Source: Lytechinus variegatus
Taxonomy: Eukaryota
Assembly (NCBI RefSeq): GCF_018143015.1
Contig: NC_054742.1
Coordinates: forward strand, 73,513,736-73,577,735
Length of the DNA stretch: 64,000 bases
Direction: 5' to 3'
Under the pieces are notes generated by a model. The model was not told where the DNA came from and did no database searches. It was given only the letters and a program-made list of their open reading frames with translations. Every line of letters starts with the position of its first letter. The first letter of the stretch is position 1. Of this stretch, positions 60,566 through 64,000 are shown piece by piece. The position numbers and the translations under genes are program-made.

Positions 60566-60819
60566 GGTCAACACGCTGAAGGGTCACAGGGGGCTCGTCA
60601 GCGGTGCATCTCCGACTCCAAGGGGGTCAACCTGGCTTCCTGTGGCTGGGATTGCCGGTCCTGATCTGGGACGGCCGCAGCGGCAAGCAGACCTCGGACA
60701 TCACCGAGCCACGCCCCATCAGCTGTCTGTCCTACCATCCAGATGGGAAGCTTCTCGTCACCGGGTCGTGGGATGCCACGCTGAAGATCTGGGATACCTT
60801 CAACAAGAAGAGGGTGGCT
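60566..60819 (+). CDS. TEP1: TEP1 WD40 exon, frame-disrupted as assembled: RVNTLKGHRGLVSG / CISDSKGVNLASCGWDCRS / LIWDGRSGKQTSDITEPRPISCLSYHPDGKLLVTGSWDATLKIWDTFNKKRVA
   Basis: The three segments lie in three different frames, seen both in the track ORFs 60543.. and 60604.. and by direct translation. Together they align to human RVLQTKAHQYQITGCCLSPDCRLLATVCLGGCLKLWDTVRGQLAFQHTYPKSLNCVAFHPEGQVIATGSWAGSISFFQVDGLKV. The acceptor is in frame with the upstream exon (frame A). The donor GCT|GTAAGT is in frame with the downstream exon (frame B). Confidence 0.75.
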
Positions 60820-61133
60820 GTAAGTACACATTGACATTGGATTGTAGTAATTCTGATAACAATGCAACTTGTTGCACCAACGAATCCACACTGCAGAGTG
60901 CTCAAGTTCCCAACTGTAGCCAGCTATCTTCTTGGTGCACAGGTGTTTCACTTTAAGCATATTCTGCAATGTACCCCTTTACTACAATCGGGTCGAGTGC
61001 AGCACAATGTGGACAATTTTTTTGCAGAAGAAAATAAAGGTACCCATTTTCTACACCGTTTACCGAAGTCTTCAGGTAGACCACTCACATGGCATTATTT
61101 GAAATAACCAATTTATGTTTGGACACTTTGCAG

Positions 61134-61253
61134 ATTCTGCGCGGTCACCGTTCTTCCGTCCGTGCCGTGACCTATTCACCAACTGGTCGTCACATTGCAT
61201 CTGCGTCACTAGATGGCGCTGTCAAACTCTGGTCGGCAGACACCGGAACACAG
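61134..61253 (+). CDS. TEP1: TEP1 WD40 exon: ILRGHRSSVRAVTYSPTGRHIASASLDGAVKLWSADTGTQ
   Basis: Canonical WD40 (GH .. WD-like). Acceptor tttgcag, donor gttagt. Confidence 0.9.
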
Positions 61254-61936
61254 GTTAGTACACATGATGAGGTTGTATTTTAATATAATAGTCTGTAGAT
61301 CTTTACTCGGCAGTGGAAGGCACCTTGTCAATAGTAAGAGCCAGAGACACAGCCCTTGACTTAACCTAGGGCCCTGAGAGTTACCACTGTTGCAACTTTG
61401 CCATTATGGCAACTACCATGGTAACCTTGATTTTGATTGGCTGCTGAGCCCTATTGCCATGGTATTTGCCATTATGGCAAAGATACAACAGTTGTAACTC
61501 CGTATGGAATGGGACCCCTGATGTCCAAATCCATTAGGAATATACTATCATTGTCATCTGTATTTGTGATTTATGTCATTCTTAAAACAATTTTTAAAAG
61601 AAATCTTAATTTCCTAATAGTACAAGATACAAACTTTGAAGTTATCATCTCCTTTTTTTACCCAATTTCAAATCAATTCATTTAATTTATTTCCTCTAAC
61701 TATCTTTTCATGAAGATTTACAATGATAGTAACAATTCAAATATTTGCACAATGTAAATCAAATGGCACAATACAATAACAGCATGAAATTGAAAGAGAA
61801 AATGAGGCCAACTAAAAATCAAAGCTTGCAGTGTGAAGGCCCCCTATTATAAGTACATATTATAAATTATTTCTTAATCAAATTATGATAGATATGACAA
61901 ATATTTTACATTTTAATTTTTGTGCCCTCTGTGCAG

Positions 61937-62035
61937 GTCGGCAGTCTGTGCGGCCATTCTCAGCCAATCAACCATATTGCTTTCTCAAAGAACGGGAGGG
62001 AGCTGGTCACTGTGAGCAACGACCACAAAACAAAG
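61937..62035 (+). CDS. TEP1: TEP1 WD40 exon: VGSLCGHSQPINHIAFSKNGRELVTVSNDHKTK
   Basis: Acceptor tgtgcag, donor gtaaaa. Aligns to human AFPAHHGFVAAALFLHAGCQLLTAGEDGKVQ. Confidence 0.9.
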
Positions 62036-62561
62036 GTAAAACATTATCAATCAAGCAACTTTTGAAGTTTTCCATGGCGAATAAAGAAGGCATTTAAAGG
62101 TTTCATGGTGCACCATGTATTTTTTTCCAGGCATGTGTTGGTCCTGATAAGGACTTACCAAACTGGATGTTATGACCAGTGTGTTCTGCTTGTCTTCAGG
62201 AGACGACATGCTTGTACTTGCCATAATGCCAAGTTTGGGTGGTCATTTAATTTTCATTTAATCTACCTTCATATGTAAAAGCAAGTAAAATGTGTGTTAG
62301 TTTTTTTCGGGTACAACACATGCCACAGAATGATTTAGATGTACCGTGAAACCTCTATAATCTAGCTGCAATCAAGGTAGAGAATGATCTGTAAAGCACT
62401 TAGGGGAATATTCTTGAATTTATGTAAAATGGGCTATATTCCTATCATATTCTTGTTGGAATGCTCCCTAGGTAGTGGAGAAAGTGCATACAAGCCAGGA
62501 TGCATTGACTGGGGTAATGATCTGTAGAGTGCTATTGGAATGTTCTTAATTGATGTCTTCA

Positions 62562-62826
62562 GGTTTGGTCTGGCAACCTCGGTAAACAGCTGGCTACCTT
62601 CAAGGGCAAGGACCAGTCAGCATCCACCCAAGCCACCTTCAGCCCGTACGGCGAGTACGTTGCCATGGGATACCATTCCGGAGAGGTCAAGGTCATCGAA
62701 GTTGCCAGCAAGCGCGAGGTCTTTGCCTCGGTGCTAAGGGAGTCGCGGGTCAAAGGAATCGCCTGGTTGGACGATAGCAAGGATGGTTTGACCTTCTTGG
62801 TGGGTTACGAGAGCGGACATGCTGTG
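62562..62826 (+). CDS. TEP1: TEP1 WD40 exon: VWSGNLGKQLATFKGKDQSASTQATFSPYGEYVAMGYHSGEVKVIEVASKREVFASVLRESRVKGIAWLDDSKDGLTFLVGYESGHAV
   Basis: Aligns to human VWSGSLGRPRGHLGS..SPDGDRVAVGYRADGIRIYKI. Acceptor tcttcag, donor gtaagt. Confidence 0.9.
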
Positions 62827-63391
62827 GTAAGTGGTGTTGCTCGTGTTTTTGTGTTTACATTCCAATATGTGTGTTTGTGTACACTTTATGCAATTGGTAT
62901 ATACTTTTGAACCTGTACGTGCATTTTAAACTAATAGAAAATCAAGCAGTTGCTTCTTTAAGTAAGAGCAAGAATAGACCTTTTGCAGATACCTGCCTTC
63001 ATAAAAGGTGTTTCTGAATTATTTTGAAAATCAAACTGCAAAGTCATTTATGCCAACTTGCATTAAAGTGAGTGAAATCAAATAGATTTAGAGTTAAACT
63101 GTTTCAAAATCAGATGTGCAGTGTTTTTTTTTAGAAAAATATAGTATCGTCAAAGTTTCTCGTGATAAATAAAGTAAAATTACAGAAGTGTTTGGTGAAG
63201 GACATTCTAGGTGTGCATCTTATACTGTAGTTTTGGAGAAATTTTTATCTGTATTTTCGCTGTCCAAAAAGAATAGAATTTCAAATGTCTATATGCCATT
63301 TTAGTACACAAAAGTTTGTACATGTATATTTCAACGAATTTTGCTTTGATAATGTCAACACATTTTCATTTCTGCTATTTTATTTTGATAG

Positions 63392-63567
63392 ATAATCAAG
63401 GGGGTTGATAAGTCCAAAACAACTGTAGTCCCACTCAAAGCAAATCATGCAGCCATCACCAGCCTGGCTTACTCCAACGCCACCCACACAGCCGCTATCA
63501 CCTACGACAACATGTGTGTCGCCCTTTGGTCATATCCGTTGGCTGCCAAAGCCGGCGCAAAGGATGG
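63392..63567 (+). CDS. TEP1: TEP1 WD40 exon: IIKGVDKSKTTVVPLKANHAAITSLAYSNATHTAAITYDNMCVALWSYPLAAKAGAKD
   Basis: Acceptor ttgatag, donor GG|GTAGGT. Open frame continuous with the previous exon. The gene continues beyond the window. Confidence 0.8.
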
Positions 63568-63844
63568 GTAGGTAGAGCTGGAAGCGCAACTGTTCTCTGT
63601 GATAATAGGGATGCATTTTACATACTGGTTTTATTGGTTATTTTAACTGAAAACTGTTTGATGCTAATGAAATCATGCAGTTGAGTGGTTGAGACCAAGT
63701 CTGTAGGTGAAAGTCACTGACTAGAGGCTTTTAACAGTTACCTACATGTAATGTCATTGGATGGTTCTTTTCGTTCTTTGTGTGCGTATAACATAACTTC
63801 CAAATGTACCACAGGCATTTTTTTCATCATGACTGGAGCAGTTG

Positions 63845-64000
63845 GATGTTATATTGAGCTCTGGGGAGCGTTTCATCATTATTTTCATCCGACAAGTTGT
63901 CAGATCTGACATCTTTTCTTGATTCTGATTGGCTGAGAGGCACTGTTCCTATGGTAACTGTCGGATAAACTGGTACTTGTCGGATAATATGTCCGACAAG
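63845..64000. mobile_element. Family-5 MITE copy (reverse orientation), truncated by the window end
   Basis: GGGGAGCGTTTCATCA..CCGACAAGTTGTCAGATCTGACATCTTTTCTTGATTCTGATTGGCTGAGAGGCA.. is the reverse complement of the 51714 unit. Confidence 0.55.

Larger units (their letters stand above)
24385..64000 (+). other. TEP1: Gene span of a TEP1 orthologue (telomerase-associated protein 1; TROVE-vWA-DUF4062-NACHT-WD40). 35 coding exons resolved; the gene continues past the window end.
   Basis: Collinear alignment to human TEP1 from the TROVE domain through to the WD40 repeats. Exons are listed individually below. Confidence 0.9.

Noticed and set aside
1-64000. Prokaryotic-style novel system (defence island, toxin-antitoxin, CRISPR, operon)
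   Set aside because: The window is eukaryotic. It has GT-AG introns, SINEs and MITEs, and no dense co-oriented ORFs. The interesting features here concern gene structure and repeats.

Overview
This window is eukaryotic nuclear DNA, not a prokaryotic locus. Coding sequence is split into many short exons with GT..AG boundaries, tRNA-derived SINEs and TIR-bounded MITEs are dense throughout, and several microsatellites are present. The gene content and repeat flavour suggest an invertebrate deuterostome, probably an echinoderm, but that is inference.

Two divergently oriented multi-exon genes fill the window.
- Minus strand, about 576..17160: a KIF23/MKLP1-like kinesin-6. The P-loop [11 protein letters not shown], the SSRSHSVF and LVDLAGSER motifs, and the long coiled-coil tail with PPVRLRHRRSRSA all align to human KIF23 exon by exon. 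The 5'-most ATG exon and the 3' end are unresolved or outside the window.
- Plus strand, 24385 to beyond 64000: a TEP1 orthologue (telomerase-associated protein 1) with at least 35 coding exons. The TROVE segment (LPFMAMLRNLRN, QFPFRF), a vWA-like segment, DUF4062 ([18 protein letters not shown] .. DLRWGV), NACHT Walker A (GKQGCGKTALL) and Walker B (LIIVIDGV), and the C-terminal WD40 repeats all align to human TEP1.

The roughly 7 kb intergenic region between the two 5' ends contains a 1.1 kb purine microsatellite and a CpG-rich candidate TEP1 promoter.

The most unusual observations are these.
- One conserved TEP1 WD40 exon (60566..60819) can only be read by switching frame twice.
- Five or more TEP1 introns carry tandem arrays that duplicate the adjacent splice junction plus some exon sequence. 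One array has four degenerate copies of the Walker A exon 3' half, at least two of which keep a readable P-loop and a gtaag donor.
- A probable GC-AG intron.
- A TTAA-flanked piggyBac-like non-autonomous element and a nested MITE insertion.

The supplied ORF track uses alternative start codons, so M in the track does not imply ATG. Exon coordinates were worked out by hand from splice consensus and frame continuity and may be off by 1-2 nt. I found no prokaryotic system (CRISPR, toxin-antitoxin, defence island) in this window.
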